Positions 1 through 22,491 are shown, counted from the stretch's first letter. The stretch: DNA of 64,000 nt from Geosiphon pyriformis uo1 (GCA_016748015.1 JAAOMT010000660.1:186001-250000), one strand, 5' to 3'. The notes: a model not told the origin generated them from the letters alone. Program-made: numbers and translations.

Positions 1-760
1 AATTTAGTATTAAAATTAAGATTTAATAAATTTCATAATTTTTTTTATATTAATATTATTAATAGATTTATAATTTAATTTATATAAGACAAAAAAAATA
101 TTACAAATTTTTTAAAAATTTATATTATATAATTGATTTTTTTAAAATATTATAAAACTTTTAATATATATATAAAGTAATTTTAAATAATTGGTATATA
201 AATTTTAAAAGCTATTTTATAAAAAGAAATTGGTATATTAATTTTAAAAGCTATTTTATAAAAAAAATTGGTATATTAATTTTAAAAGCTATTTTATAAA
301 AAAAATTGGTATATAAACTTTAAAAGCTATTTTATAAAAAGAAAAACACAAAATAAATCATAAAATAAATAAAAATAAACTATTAAAAAAAAGTTTATTA
401 ATAAATAATGTTAAAAAAAATTTTTTTATAACTTTTTACCAAATAAAAATACTAAATATTTTAAGAATTTATTTTAGCTTAACAAATATAAATATAAAAA
501 ATATTACATGTTAATATATTAAACACAAAAACAAAAAAGTTAATTATTAAAAAGTCTATTTAACAAATAAACCACATAAAAAAAAAGATGAATTTAATTT
601 TAATTCAAACAATAACCACAAAAATTGTTAAACAAAAATAAACAAAAGTTACTGTTATAATTAGATGACATCAAATTTTCAATTTGTTACTAAAATCTGC
701 AAAGCAACATAAATCATCAATAATAGGAATTTCTAATCAATCAGAAGTTAATTCAGAAAA
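1..760. other. Extremely AT-rich, CpG-poor sequence, probably decayed transposon DNA
   Basis: No ORFs. Composition resembles the most decayed TE blocks at 32-45 kb. No domain is recognisable. Confidence 0.45.
189..341. repeat. Minisatellite, ~4 copies of a 38-39 bp unit
   Basis: Unit AATTGGTATAT(A/T)AATTTTAAAAGCTATTTTATAAAAA repeated head-to-tail with no spacers. Confidence 0.9.
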
Positions 761-1449
761 TACATGAAAAAAGATGACATAACAAAAAAGTGGTGGGATA
801 TTTATTGTCACGATTTTGACCCTGATAAGCAACTTGTTAGTATTTTATTGAAGGCGAAAATTTTTAAGTGAAGCCTCTCGAAAATATTTAAAATTCAAAA
901 ATCACTTCATTTTTTTAATAATTCCTGTAAAAGGCAGAGGATTTTGCTTGATTGACGGGATGTCTGTTATCTGTTATTTTTTTAACGTGAATGGTTACTT
1001 GATACTTGTCCAGAGTTGTGGTATCAATATATAAGTTTTATCTGCCTTGCTCATGAGGATAATAATGTGCGGTGTGTAGTGTAAAGGTGTTTGATGATAG
1101 ATTGTGTGGGTGGGCAATTAACAGAAAGGAAATGCGAGATTAGTTAATCTTTTTTAAAAAAAAAAGATAAAAAGGAACATGACGAAATCGCCAAAAATTC
1201 TGTAACAAAATAAAATAAAAATACTTTTGAGTTGATAAGATGTGGATAAACAACATGGGTCGTGGAAAAAGATTTTGTACATTTGAAACAAAAATTGAAG
1301 GAAAAAAGAATCAAATTGAAGTGCAAAGAACATAAGCAAGAAAAGTTTTTTAGCCAAAACCATCTTATTCAACAAGAAAGCTAAAATTACACACACACAG
1401 TCTAAGATTTTCTTGTAAGTAGTAAATTATTGGGTGGGATATTTTTTAA

Positions 1450-6265
<4,816 letters not shown>

Positions 6266-6933
6266 CCAGCAACGATATGAGAAATGGGAGAATTTGCATA
6301 TAATTTATGGAGGGAGGTATTAAATGAAAATGACAGCTTGTGATGCTAGTAATTTGTACAGTAATGGACAGGAGAGAGGATCCGATTTTGGGGGGATTCT
6401 ATGATTGACGACTCTATGTATTCCAGGTCTCCTCTTCCGTGGTCCAGGTTTGTATATTGTTTATGTATATATGTTTTTTTTCCACAAAAAAACACAGCCT
6501 ACTTGTTGACCAAATCTACAGTCAAAAAGTAGGTCTTTCTAAAAAAAAAAAAACGACGAGGAAAAGGCCAACGAAAGTTAAGATAGTTTTGTAAAAAGAT
6601 ATTTTATATACTAAATTAAGTTGTGATAAAAAAAGACGTGAGAAACTCAAAAAGGAAGATAATTAGGGAATGTTGAATAAAATACAATAAACAACAGAAA
6701 ACAAGAGGACAGTTTTTAAGGTAGAAGAGATAAAATGAAAATGAGGAGAAAAAAGAAAGGAGAGGAGAGGAAAGGAAAGGTAGAAATCTAAAGAGAAATT
6801 TCGCGGGCAATAACAATGGCTTGTTTACCCCGACTTTGTGGATTATTTGGGGCTCCTCTTGGGGGCGTCTGTGGCGAATATTTTTTTTTTGTGTAAAATA
6901 GAAGTTGAATAAAATGAACCAACAACGATAAAG

Positions 6934-6960
6934 ATGACAACGACAACGACGACGACGATG

Positions 6961-6992
<32 letters not shown>

Positions 6993-7019
6993 AATGATGA
7001 TGATGATGATGATGATGAT
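6934..7019. repeat. Compound (GAC/AAC)n-(GAT)n microsatellite upstream of the kinase
   Basis: Visible trinucleotide runs. They explain the spurious poly-Ser ORF 6788-7126. Confidence 0.9.
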
Positions 7020-8256
7020 AGAAGAGAATAACTAAGTGACAATAATGGAAGTGAAAGGAAGTAAAAAGGAGTAGTATAGGTAGGGGAAAGAAGGAAACGT
7101 TGAAGGTTGAAAATGAAGATTGGCAAAAAACTTTGACATTTTTTTTACCTAATCGGCAAATTGCTCCTTTGATTGATTATTCAGTTACTTTGGGAACTCA
7201 AACTCCTCGGATTTCAGAGCGGCAGAATTCCAAATTGTGGTAATAATGACAAAATCTAGCTTGTATATTTGTGATTAGTTGAATCCTTAATATATAATGA
7301 AATATGAATATGTCCCACTGGTTTTGAAATATAGTCTAGTGTTTGTTTTTTATTTTATAATAATACTATAATAATTCTATAGATCTCAACTGAAGTTTTT
7401 TTTTATATCATTTGACCAACTTTCAAAGCTCTTTCTATTTATGCTTATTTTAAGAAGTGATTTTATCCAATCGACTTTTAACTAAAACCAAACAATCCTA
7501 AAAGAAAATCAAAAGTAATAGATAAGTCGGTTTCGAAAATGAAGAATCATAGACTCACTGCACTGTTTTTTATCAATGAGTTTTGTTTTTAGGAACACTA
7601 AAAATTTCAAAATCCAGTCTTCAAACAAGAGTGTATATATAGGTATAAACGAATCATCATTAAATGCGTAATTTCCCATTAAATTTCTTTTGATTATTCA
7701 TATTAGCCTCGATGATGATAAGAGAAAGTTGCCTCAAAGTTAAATGTGACCAACTATTGTTGTCGTACCAAAAAATTTATCACAATCGTTTCTTTTGTTC
7801 CGCCGGAGTTTCTCAAAAAAAAAAAAAAACTTGCCACACCTACTCATCATGAAAAAAATATAAACACAGCTCGACAGATATCCAAACCTTGATTCATTTT
7901 TGTACTAGACTATCAGCTGAGTACTAGTATTGGAACCAAGTACAAACGTGCTAAGAAAGAGTGAATCAATCTTGAGAAAGGGAAAGAAAATTATATTATA
8001 GTCTATGGAGACTATCTGGTATTATAGTTTCCCCTTTGAAAAACAATTCGTAATTAATCTGATTTTCTTAAATTTTACAGCATTTCTTTTATATAAGCTC
8101 GAAATCAGAGAGAGGTGAACAAACGAAAAATTCTTTGGGTTAAAAGAAGGAATTAATTGCTAGTGAGATTCTCTAAAAAAAAAAATTTCATGTAAAATAG
8201 GTAACCCCCAAGAATATTGGTCAACTACGGGAAATTTGAATCATAATCTAAAATGG

Positions 8257-8257
<1 letters not shown>

Positions 8258-8296
<39 letters not shown>
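8258..8296. repeat. (AAT)13 microsatellite
   Basis: Perfect AAT run. Confidence 0.95.
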
Positions 8297-8298
<2 letters not shown>

Positions 8299-9303
8299 CC
8301 AAATGTTCTAAGATGATCGAAAAAGTTTAAACCAAGGAACACTTCTACGACAGTTGCGAGAATCTTGGTCTATTCAATCTTAAAAGGTACCTAAAAGCCA
8401 TGAGGGTGCAAAACGTTTCACCATTCAACGTTTCAAATGTATACTATTGTATCGCAGGGAAAACGTTGATTGATTTAACCTATTTGAACCCCACAATTTT
8501 TTCAGTTACTTAAGCTGTCAATATTTTGACGTCAAATTAGATTCTTATAGAAATAATCTTCATGAACTACGTAAATCGGTTCGAATTCTACCAGCGATCA
8601 GCAAAGATTTTAAAAATGTACAAGTCGAACATCATGGGCGTTTTCAGGATATGAATCATTTTAATCTTTAAGGTTAACAATGCAATTATGCAAACCGACA
8701 GATTTAGTCAATTGTTATTTTGGAAGGAATTTAATAATGACCATTTATTAATTGGATATAATTGGATTATATTCATCAAATTTTATATAAAATTTCATTC
8801 TCTATATGAAGCTATAAACAAAGAAATTCCAGTTTTCCAATTGTGTGACATTAAAATAATTTGGGTGTTTTTTTCAAATTTACTAGCTTTTCAAGGTTAG
8901 ATCGTAAAGCAGATATACCATAATGGGAAAACATATTCAAAATCCACCTAATCCCCCAACGTATAATTCGACATTTATTTTTTGGTAATTTTGAACCACA
9001 TACTCACTCTTTTATAAATTTTAAATTTTAAATTTTAAATATGGATTTAAATAGGTTTAATTTATTGCTTAACACTATTTATGGTTAATTAATCTTTTTG
9101 ACAATACTATTTATAATTGATTACTTGAGTTATTAAACTAAGATTCAAGCAGAGAGTTATATCTTGCAACGACAAAATTATTCATTTTAGAATAATCAAA
9201 ATAGAATCGGTATTTTCTGAATTAGATTTTTATTCGAGATTCTTTGTATCCAATAATTTTTATGAATTCTAATATTATATTGATAAAAGTAGCAAACATG
9301 TTC

Positions 9304-13303
<4,000 letters not shown>

Positions 13304-13538
13304 TTTTATTGATGTTAAAAATTTTTTTGAAAAATATGCAAATCACACTAGTTGTCAGATGTGATGGATTTAATTCTTGAATGGTTACGTTGCGATGGAA
13401 TATTTGAAATTTTATCTGAATGGATGATCATTTGTCAGCATTCAATTCTATAAATTGTTAGTCTGGTAAATCAAAAAATTCCCCTACAAATTTTTCAATT
13501 TTCACTTCAAATTGTTTGTTTAGAGAAGTATCGCCCAA

Positions 13539-14546
13539 ATGACACAACCTAATGAGGAAAATTTTAAAGTAATCCCCAAAAATCCATGTTTAACTTTTCC
13601 AGCTGAAATCTTATCGGCTATTTTTGACCATTGCTCTTTGAGCACTCTACACTCATGCACTTTGGTCGATAAAAAATGGAATTCTATCGCCACATGTTCA
13701 CTTTGGTACTCCCCATGGTCACAAATGGCTGTTAATTGGAAATATCTTTTGCGCACTTTAAACAAAGAGTTTCTTCAGCGCCAGACTGAATCTCCACGCT
13801 ACGCGCCATTGATTAAAGAACTTGTTTTTTCAGATATTTACTATATAGTGAATGATCATCTACTCAAGGAATTATTGATGTTTTGTAATAATACATTACA
13901 GACGCTTATTATCGACACACCACGACAATTCACAGATTCTTCGGTTAGATTCCTTGCCAACTTTTGCCACAATTTGAAGCGAATAGAATTAAGAGGATGC
14001 ACTCGGATTACTGATATGTCGATGGTCTTACTTGCAGAACGATGCCCACTTCTCTCAACCATCAACTTGGAAAATTGCCCGAAAGTTAGTGATGCTACAT
14101 TCTCCGCAATAGCACTCAATTGTGGACTACATGTGAAAATCATGAGTGCTGCGAATTCTTTATTGATCACTGACAAATCCTTGTCAATGATTGCCCGCCA
14201 CTGTCCTAACATGCGGGAGTTGAATTTGGCTTGTTGTCGTAATATCACCGACGCTGGGGTGATAGAATTAAGCTCAATTTCAACTTTACGAATTTTGCAC
14301 ATCCCTCATTGTGATAATCTTACCAATCCATCATTGAAGGCTTTAGGAACATTTTCTTTGGATTTAGAGTGGCTGAGTATAATAGGTTGCCGAGTGTCTG
14401 AAGAAGGAGTAAAATCTGTGATTGAAGGATGCAGAAAGTTGAAATTTTTACGTATTAGTGAACAATATGGGAATTTATCAAGGGAATTTTTGAATAGGAT
14501 TGAAGATATATTATTATCTCGTAATGGTCAAGTTCTTAGAGAATAG
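13539..14546 (+). CDS. F-box/leucine-rich-repeat (FBXL, RNI-like) SCF substrate adaptor, single exon
   Basis: F-box FPAEILSAIFDHC...LVDKKWN followed by cysteine-containing LRRs (LxxCxxITD repeats); 335-aa open ORF. Confidence 0.9.
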   Translation: MTQPNEENFKVIPKNPCLTFPAEILSAIFDHCSLSTLHSCTLVDKKWNSIATCSLWYSPWSQMAVNWKYLLRTLNKEFLQRQTESPRYAPLIKELVFSDIYYIVNDHLLKELLMFCNNTLQTLIIDTPRQFTDSSVRFLANFCHNLKRIELRGCTRITDMSMVLLAERCPLLSTINLENCPKVSDATFSAIALNCGLHVKIMSAANSLLITDKSLSMIARHCPNMRELNLACCRNITDAGVIELSSISTLRILHIPHCDNLTNPSLKALGTFSLDLEWLSIIGCRVSEEGVKSVIEGCRKLKFLRISEQYGNLSREFLNRIEDILLSRNGQVLRE

Positions 14547-14824
14547 CCACCTTCAAGGCAATATTAAATATTTCAACGTACTCCCAAAAGTATGCTTACT
14601 TAAGCGTTGAAATCCATTGCAATAATATTCCCAGATTCTCTTGATAGAGTAAGCTTAGCATATCCTGGAGAATCTCCAATCTCATTCAAAGACATGTAAA
14701 AATAAGTATATTCCAAAATTCTGAAAAGATAAAGATCCCATCTTGCAACCAAGACAATTCATTAGGATCTCAAAATATTAATAGAAATAGTGGAAGTCCC
14801 ACAAAAAGGTAAAAATGTTTAAAC

Positions 14825-15476
14825 TCATTCCCTCCGCATATAATAATCCACGGCAGTTGAAAAGGCTGCAAAACCCATACAACCCATGGCTGTTGCCTGA
14901 GGTCCAGCTCTAGCAGCTAAAACAGCGCCAGTAATACAGCCGGCAGACATGCTATTGTATAAGTCATTTTTCGCTCGATACTTTTATGACGTTGAAAGAT
15001 TAGTTTAGAGTAGTGGCTGAAAAAGAAATTCTTGCCTTTACCTATATATAACAAATACATACGCTTTCTATCATACATTCTGTTCCCGAAAATATTGCCC
15101 CGACCACGGCAAAGTTTTTTGCCATAGAAAATGATTTTTGTGCCATGTCCTTGGCAGTATGTTTCAGTTGCTGTCGTAACGGTTGTTCCAATACTGCAGG
15201 GTCAGTTGAAGCCATTTCAAAAGAGGACATAAACATTCCAAAAACACCACCAAGGAGGAAGCCTATTTACCAAATTTTCAGAGTTCAAGACAAAACTGAT
15301 TAGAAAATTTACAAGGGGATTTAATTAGTATAGTTACATCAGGTATAATTCACAAGACGATGTCTTGGAACATTACCTCCTACGCCACTCAGACAACTTT
15401 TTACAGGACATGACTCTGCTACCATTTGAGCATAAATTTGATCCTGCGAAGGTGGTTGTTGCGGAGGAAAAGCCAT
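14825..15476 (-). CDS. TIM22: Mitochondrial inner membrane translocase subunit Tim22; 3 exons
   Basis: [38 protein letters not shown]|[10 protein letters not shown]...GCITG...[14 protein letters not shown]. Confidence 0.93.
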
Positions 15477-15693
15477 GGTAGTTCGTTACTGATGAAAGTT
15501 TGAAGAAAAGTTTTATAAAAATAAAAATTACTGGCTCCTAATGACTCATCAGATGATCTTTTGGTAAATCTTAATATCAAAAATCCAATGATATTGTCAT
15601 TTCAATATTGGCAATAAATTAAAATGGTTTCTGTTTTATGAACTGTCCCCTCCTATTAATAATCGGGGCCTTTAAAAGCTTTTACATTTGCAA

Positions 15694-17478
15694 TCACATT
15701 TTTTTAAAATCAACTTCATTTTCTGAGCGAGTTAATGGTAACAAGATTTCGTCAGCTTCCCGCGCCTTTTTCTCTTTCTTATCTACATCCCGCTTCGCGT
15801 TATTATACATGTATAACCCACCGAAAGTGAGACATATTCCCACACCTTGAGCCATTGTTGTACTCTGACCAAACCATATAATACTTGCTGTAATCACAAA
15901 TATACGCTTGACCAAGGAAGCGATCGAATATGTCACAGGAGAAGTAATCGCCAGGATTGAGAAAGCTAAAATATTTTGAACAAAATGGGTTGTACCATTT
16001 AGAAAGAAATAAAAAGCAACGGTCCAACCACTTTTCGTATTGGTGCTTAGAGTGTTTGGATCATGCACATGCTTCGGCCAGAATCCTTCAATGAACAAGT
16101 AAATTCCGTCGTAATAAATCCACATTGGTGTCATAAATAGAAACGCGAAGGTACTGGAGTAGAACAAAAGATTGAGTTTGTCGAGTTTTTTTCGCTCGGA
16201 TCCATGATCCTGATTGAATAAGAGTTTCTTGGAGAAAATATTCTGCACTACAAATATTAAAGTTGACCCCATCGCAAATATAAATCCAATGAAATTGGAA
16301 GTTGAATGGGATGAACAGGCAAGCATTACTCCTATGGTAAGTGGCATTAGCGAAATATAAACTGCAGAAGAATAATTGACTCGAAAGGCAAAACGATACA
16401 AAAGTACAGTGAAAAGGGGTGAAAGAGCCTAGTCAATGACATATCAAAAAAATTTAGTTTCCTGAAATAAAATTCACCTTTAACCCTTGAAGACACATCT
16501 TACCTTTATTGTATGTACAAAACTAACGGGTACATGACTAGTCGCAACGCTCGAAAAGACATGGCCAAGAATTTGAAATAAGCTCAGAGGAATTGTCTCT
16601 ATGAGTATATGTTTAGTGGGACTTTTGATATGAGATAAACCCAGCAAGTTGGCGAATCCATAGCAATATATGACCACAAATCCAAATTGTATCCAGGTGA
16701 GCGTAATTGGATATCGAAAATGATTAAGAATTTGCTTTCCAATGTTATTTGTCACTGCCGATGAGGCGTACCACAAGATGCAATATATTATAAATTTGAT
16801 AGTGTCGGTGTTGATCGAACCGAATAAAAATTCAAATAAATTGTTTAACCGATTGGTTGAGGGCAATGATTTCGAAATAGGTGAAGAAGGTTTTGAGCTG
16901 ACCGGAATAACTTTTTCCTTTTGAACTGCCTCATACTTTTGTCGTAGCTTCCCTAGTAAACTGTTGGCCTTGTAAGGATGGCCAAAATCTAACGGCGGCA
17001 ATGTAGAAAATTCATTATAGTTGTTGATGGGGAATTCATTTTTATTGTACGCTAACTGTGTACTTTGCGGTAAAGGGGTTGAAAAAGTAATGAAATCTTG
17101 ATCGGATGAGATTAATGCGCGCTTCCTTGTAGGCCCTTGTCTTTGCTGATACCCGCTTATAATATAATTTGTATCTATTTTAGGACCATCTTCAAAATCT
17201 GTTCTAAAATTATCTCTATTTGTACTTTGGTCATTTGCAATTTTGGGGGTTGGATGGGTAGAAAGAGAATGTTGAGAGTGAGATGAGGGAACTAAAGGTC
17301 GTTTCTTAAGTGGGTCATGCCTTATTTTATGTTTATGTGCAGATAATTTTGATGAATCTTCTGCCTCTGCAAATGTCTTTAGCGAGGTTTTAAACTCCTC
17401 AGGTGATTCTAAAGTCACTTTCCTCATTAAAGGAGAGGGTATTGAATTTGGATCGGCTATTAGCATCTCTGATGCCAT
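15694..17478 (-). CDS. Triose-phosphate transporter family (SLC35E/Sly41-like) membrane protein; 2 exons
   Basis: CILWYASS...KQIL...YPITLT.IQF, GHVFSS, VSFVHTIK|ALSPLFTV, QNIFSKK, SPVTYSIASLVKRIFVI. Intron at about 16430-16504. Confidence 0.9.
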
Positions 17479-17950
17479 TTTGGAGGTTGCCTAAGAATGA
17501 TAGAAATCTTGGGTCAATTTGGACCCTAAAAAAAATTCAAAAGAGAAAGTAAATTTTTTTAACTCACCAACTAGTAAAGAAATGCAAATATTAAATATTA
17601 AATATTAATGTTTAATGTACAGTAATTGAGTTCAGAAAAGAATGTTCTAAAAGGATATCTATATTCTATAAAAAGTTTTCTGTAAAGTTGGTTAAGCCTT
17701 GTAAAAGGTCGAGATGGCGAAGTAAATTTCTACAACGACAAAATTCCCCCTAAGCACATTTCTGTTGTGATCTAAACCTATTCATTTAAATATTTTTCCG
17801 GCTTTTTAAACAGAGTTATTGATGCATACATTAATTGTTAGGATAATGAACGTGGGAAAAAATTCATCGTCAAATTTATCACCCAAAAAAGTATAAGAAT
17901 CTGGCACTTCGAAAAATTGATATCGCAAAACTTTTCTTTTGACGCGTACA

Positions 17951-20237
17951 ATGACCTCGGAAAGGTAAAATCGATAAAACAATTATATAAATCTCTGAAT
18001 TTTTGTATCATTCATCAAAATTCCTTGTAAAAAATATATAGGATTAACCCTGAATTGGATGATTTATCAATTTTTGAATTTTATATTGTTAAAAATCAAT
18101 TATTTTCAAAGAAAAATATTGCTACTTGGTTCTGGCTTTGTCGCAGGGCCAACCGTCGAATACATTTTGCGACGACCTGAAAACCACCTGACCATTGGTT
18201 AGCCATTTTAAACTTAATGTCTGATTAATCCCAAAAAAATTACGGGTATCTTACTCTCTGTCAGGAACAGCTGTTAGACACATTGAGCATGCTCGCGCAC
18301 TAGCCAGCCAGTTTGCGCGTGCTAGACCTATTGCATTGGACGTGACGGATGAAAAAGCCCTTGATGATGCTGTTTCAAAACATGATCTCGTAATCAGGTG
18401 AATATTGACAGTTTTTGGCTTTTAAAGCGAGATTAATAAATTCGATGTTTCAAATCGAGGTTTTTAAAATATTTCCCTCAATAATGTACATAATCTTAGA
18501 AATTTTAAACACTATTCTCCTTTTTTAGTTTGATTCCATATACACTTCATCCGACAGTGATTAAATCAGCTATCAAATTCAAGAAACATGTTGTTACGAC
18601 AAGCTATGTCTCTGATGCCATCAAGGAATTCGATCAAGCGTAAGCAAGCTTTGCAAAGTTAACCTTCGCAACCATTATTTTATAATTGCGTTTTTTTTAG
18701 AGCAAAAGAGGCTGGCGTTACTCTCATGAATGAAATCGGCCTTGATCCTGGTATTTATAAATAGCCTCTTAATTATTTATAAATACAGACCCTGACTAAT
18801 ATGTGACGTGTTAGGTATTGACCATCTTTACGCTGTTAAGACGATTAGCGAAGTACATTCCCAGGGTGGAAAGGTAAATGAAATAGGCCTCCGAATCTTA
18901 CATATGGAGCAGGTTTCGCAAATTAATAAATAAACTTGTAAATAATAGATACTGTCCTTCATTTCCTACTGTGGGGGTCTTCCTGCACCTGAAAATTCAA
19001 ATAATCCCCTGGGCTATAAATTCAGTTGGTCATCGCGTGGTGTTTTGCTTGCTCTAAGAAACCCAGCAAGCTTCTATCAAGATGGCAAGGTAATGTGTTC
19101 AGAGTAGGGAATTTGAATTTCATCTCAAAACTTATATATCTCAAATTAGATTGTTAGCATTCCTGGATCTGAGCTAATGGACTCTGCAAGACCATATCAT
19201 ATATACCCTGGTTTTGCATTTGTTGCGTATGCTAATCGTGATTCTACCTCATTCAAAGAACGTTATAAGATACCTGAAGCTCAAACGATCTTACGGGGTA
19301 CTTTGCGATATCAGGTATTTTACAAAGTTCTAAGCTACACGTTATCAAGCTGCAAGAATTCTCTTTATTGATCAAAGTAATCATTTAAATTATAGGGATT
19401 CCCTTCGTTTGTGAAAGTCCTCGTTGAAATAGGACTCCTAGATGATACCCCAAAAGATTTTTTGGAATCTAACGCGCAAGATATAGCTTGGGTGCGTAAA
19501 TTTTAAAGCATGTTTTCTTTGTGTGTTTGATTCGTTATATTCCTCATTTCCTCTCCTACTTTTCGATCAGAACTCAGTCTTGGCACGACTTTTGGGTAGT
19601 CCTAGTACCTCGGAAACGTGAGTATTGTATTTAGAAAGTCTTTTGAATATAGTTAGGAATCTCTATTTGACTCATGACTTTTAAATCGGCCTTATTAAAG
19701 TGAGCTTCGTGCGTCGGTTTTATCAAAAACTAAGGTTTCAGGTGACGATATTGAGAGAGTTTTGTATGGATTTAAATGGTTAGGATTATTCTCGTCGGAC
19801 TTGGTACACCGAAGAAAAACGTTGCTTGACACGCTTTGTGCAACACTAGAAGAAAAAATGCAGTATGGTGAGGGTGAACGTGATATGGTATTGCTACAAC
19901 ATAAATTCGAGGTGGAAAACAAAGATGGCTCAAAGGTATTATCTTATTATCTTCGATCTTTAAACAGCTTAATTGAATTTTAGCACCAGTTCAATCAAGA
20001 GTTCTTTTATTTATTTAGGAAACTCGCACTTCGACCCTTTTGGCTTATGGAAAGCCAAAAGGCCCATCAGCCATGGCTACCACAGTTGGTGTTCCATGCG
20101 GTATTGCAACGCAGTTAATCCTTGATGGGGTTATCAAGCAAAAAGGTGTTCTGGCACCTTATACCCCAGAAATAAATAATCCGATTATTGAAGCTCTGGA
20201 AAAAGAGGGCATTATAGTATTAGAGGAGAAATTGTAA
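17951..20237 (+). CDS. LYS9: Saccharopine dehydrogenase (NADP+, L-glutamate-forming) = saccharopine reductase; ~12 exons
   Basis: [42 protein letters not shown]|[67 protein letters not shown]. Stand-alone, not fused. Confidence 0.95.
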
Positions 20238-20495
20238 ACCTTAATAGAAAGGATTTGAGTCTAATTCTTCCAAAATATGATGCTTATTCAAACTTAGAGG
20301 AAAGCTATATGCAGAAATTAATTATCAAATTATGGAAGCTTTCATGAGAATGATTTGCTGTGTCACTAAATAATGTTTAACTGCTTGAAGCTTCAGAAAA
20401 ATATCCAGTTTTACTTGCACTTTTCAATCCTTAAGTTGACCTTGAGCTGGATTTTTTCAAATTTAATAACACATGCATGTGTATTGATCAAATGT

Positions 20496-22224
20496 TCATT
20501 GGAACCTCAAAATCTGTTTGACTCCGTGTGAATTAGGGTAAGCTTTATCAAGAACCTCGTGAAATTGAGTCAAAGATTTTTTTAGGTCAGATTCACCGCC
20601 CCAATTTGTCTCTTGAACAGAAGAAACTTCCAATTTTCCTTGATTAATCAACGCAATTAGATCGTCCAACATTTCACGATACTCCTTTTTCGAATGTGTC
20701 TCCTTCCATTTAGCCATCCAAAAGCCAACGAAGTGCAAATTTCGAAATATTAACAGTGATGCAGAAATTCGAATTGGTTTCCGTCCCATTGAGCCATAGG
20801 TTACGTAATATCCAGAGTTGCTTTAAAAGTTTAAGTTGACGTTAAGTAAGTTTGAAGAAGCTGATGAATTATGAATTTTGCCGTACATGCCTCAAATATT
20901 TCGCAAACATAGTCGCCACTTCACCACCAACACAATTTAACGCAAGTCGCACTCTATCTGCCCCTTGCTCGCCCACGAATTGTTCTTTATTCAAATACTT
21001 TTTCCCAAAATCATCTTCATTCAACACATATGTTTTGAGGTTAGGTAAATTACCCCCCAGTGATTCTAATCGCAATTTTAACTCATCAAAATTCGGTCTG
21101 GGAACGAAAATTGAAATTAGCTGATGATCCAGGAAAATAAGAGGATTACTCGAGCACCAGAGTTTATTTCCATAATTTACCGATTTCGCACAATATTGAT
21201 GGTGTTAATGCCCCAAGCTTTGGCAAGCTGTATCACTGCCTGTCCAACACCGCTATTGGCTCCATTCTGTATAATGAAGTCACCTTTAAACATAAACAAT
21301 TTTTACATTTGACGGGAATTAAGGGAATTTTAATTAAATTACCCTCATAAAATAGACCTTTAAACGAACCTTCTTGCAGCTTCACAAAGTCCTTCAACAT
21401 GCGATACGCGGTAGCAATATTCACCGTTATTGTTGCTGCCTTAATTACATCAATACAATTTGGCTCAATACGTATAACGTCCACAGGTTTGGCGACGGCA
21501 TGAGTGCGCCAGGTTCCTAAATAAAAATGAATCATAAAAAAATTATCTTGTTACAATCCCAGCTGGCAAAATAAACTTACCAAAGCCAGATTTAGCCATA
21601 ACAGCCCAGTCACCTATCTTTAATCCCTCCACATCTTTACCAACTGCAATAATCTCAGCGAGACCTTCATTCCCAGCAACGGCTACTTGATCCTCAGTAT
21701 CCAATTCTTTGTTAAACAGCGGTCTTATCGGATAAACACCCTCAATCTGATTAAAATCAGAAGGGTTTAGCGGAGAAGCTATGAAACGAAGGTATATTGT
21801 TTCTGAAGTGAGTGGCGCTAGACGATGTTTATGAACTCTAATTACAGAAGAAAATGGACAAATGAGGAAGATCTTGAGGAAAATTCAAAGGCTTTTCGAG
21901 ATTGATAAAACAACTTTTCATTCGATTTAGCACAAAAGTGTTTCTAATAATGGCAAGAATGCAGAACCTCAAGACCTCTTTAGGTTCCCCGTTTGCTGCG
22001 TATACAAGAGCTTTAGCTTCAGGATTCTCACTTGACTGTGTGCTTGTAGTCGTATTTAGCCTAGTATTAGTACGCCGCAAAACCCCTAGACTTGAGTTTA
22101 TTTTCCTTAGACTTTTTGTTTCCGAAATAAAACCTAAACATTGGCCGAATTTTATGCTGTAACCCCTCTTAGAGGCTTTGGCTGAAAAGTGTGAAAATTT
22201 AATTTGACGTAGAGAAGGAATCAT
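20496..22224 (-). CDS. ETR1: Mitochondrial trans-2-enoyl-ACP/CoA reductase (MDR family; MECR); multi-exon
   Basis: Basic presequence, then [78 protein letters not shown] at 22224. Confidence 0.92.
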
Positions 22225-22491
22225 TACAAAATAGGAATGCACTTGTCAAAGTGATAAAATGTGGGGTGAAAGGAAAAAACTTTTTAATCACGGGATCAGA
22301 TAATGATCATAACTAGATATGCTAGGCAAACACGTGATATCAAAGTCATTACTGATAAAATAACATCTAGTAAAACTCCCTTTAACCTGGTAAAAACGAT
22401 TTCACATTGATAAATTATGTATAGAATATCTCTTTTCAAACTCCGCCTCTTTATCCATCTGCTTGATTACTGGATAAGACGATCATAATAT

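Noticed and set aside
189-341. CRISPR-like periodic repeat
   Set aside because: Units are adjacent with no unique spacers, the context is eukaryotic and there are no cas genes.
684-760. TGTTAC...CAATCAGAAG resembling a family-A LTR start
   Set aside because: Similarity is limited to two short words and cannot be extended.
1144-1396. Short minus-strand ORFs downstream of the kinase
   Set aside because: Phe-rich translations of a T-rich 3' UTR.
6616-7126. 66-aa and 112-aa ORFs upstream of the kinase
   Set aside because: Products of microsatellite and pyrimidine tracts, with non-ATG starts.
7978-8038. Imperfect hairpin (ATAGTCT/AGACTAT core)
   Set aside because: Only 7 perfect base pairs in AT-rich DNA; expected by chance.
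15541-15549. Perfect ATGACTCAT (Gcn4/AP-1) site upstream of TIM22; also ACGCGT before LYS9 and CACGTG before ETR1
   Set aside because: Single short motifs with no supporting evidence.
17800-18120. Possible spermidine synthase-LYS9 or LKR-SDH fusion
   Set aside because: LYS9 has its own ATG at 17951 and the upstream gene is a divergent transporter.
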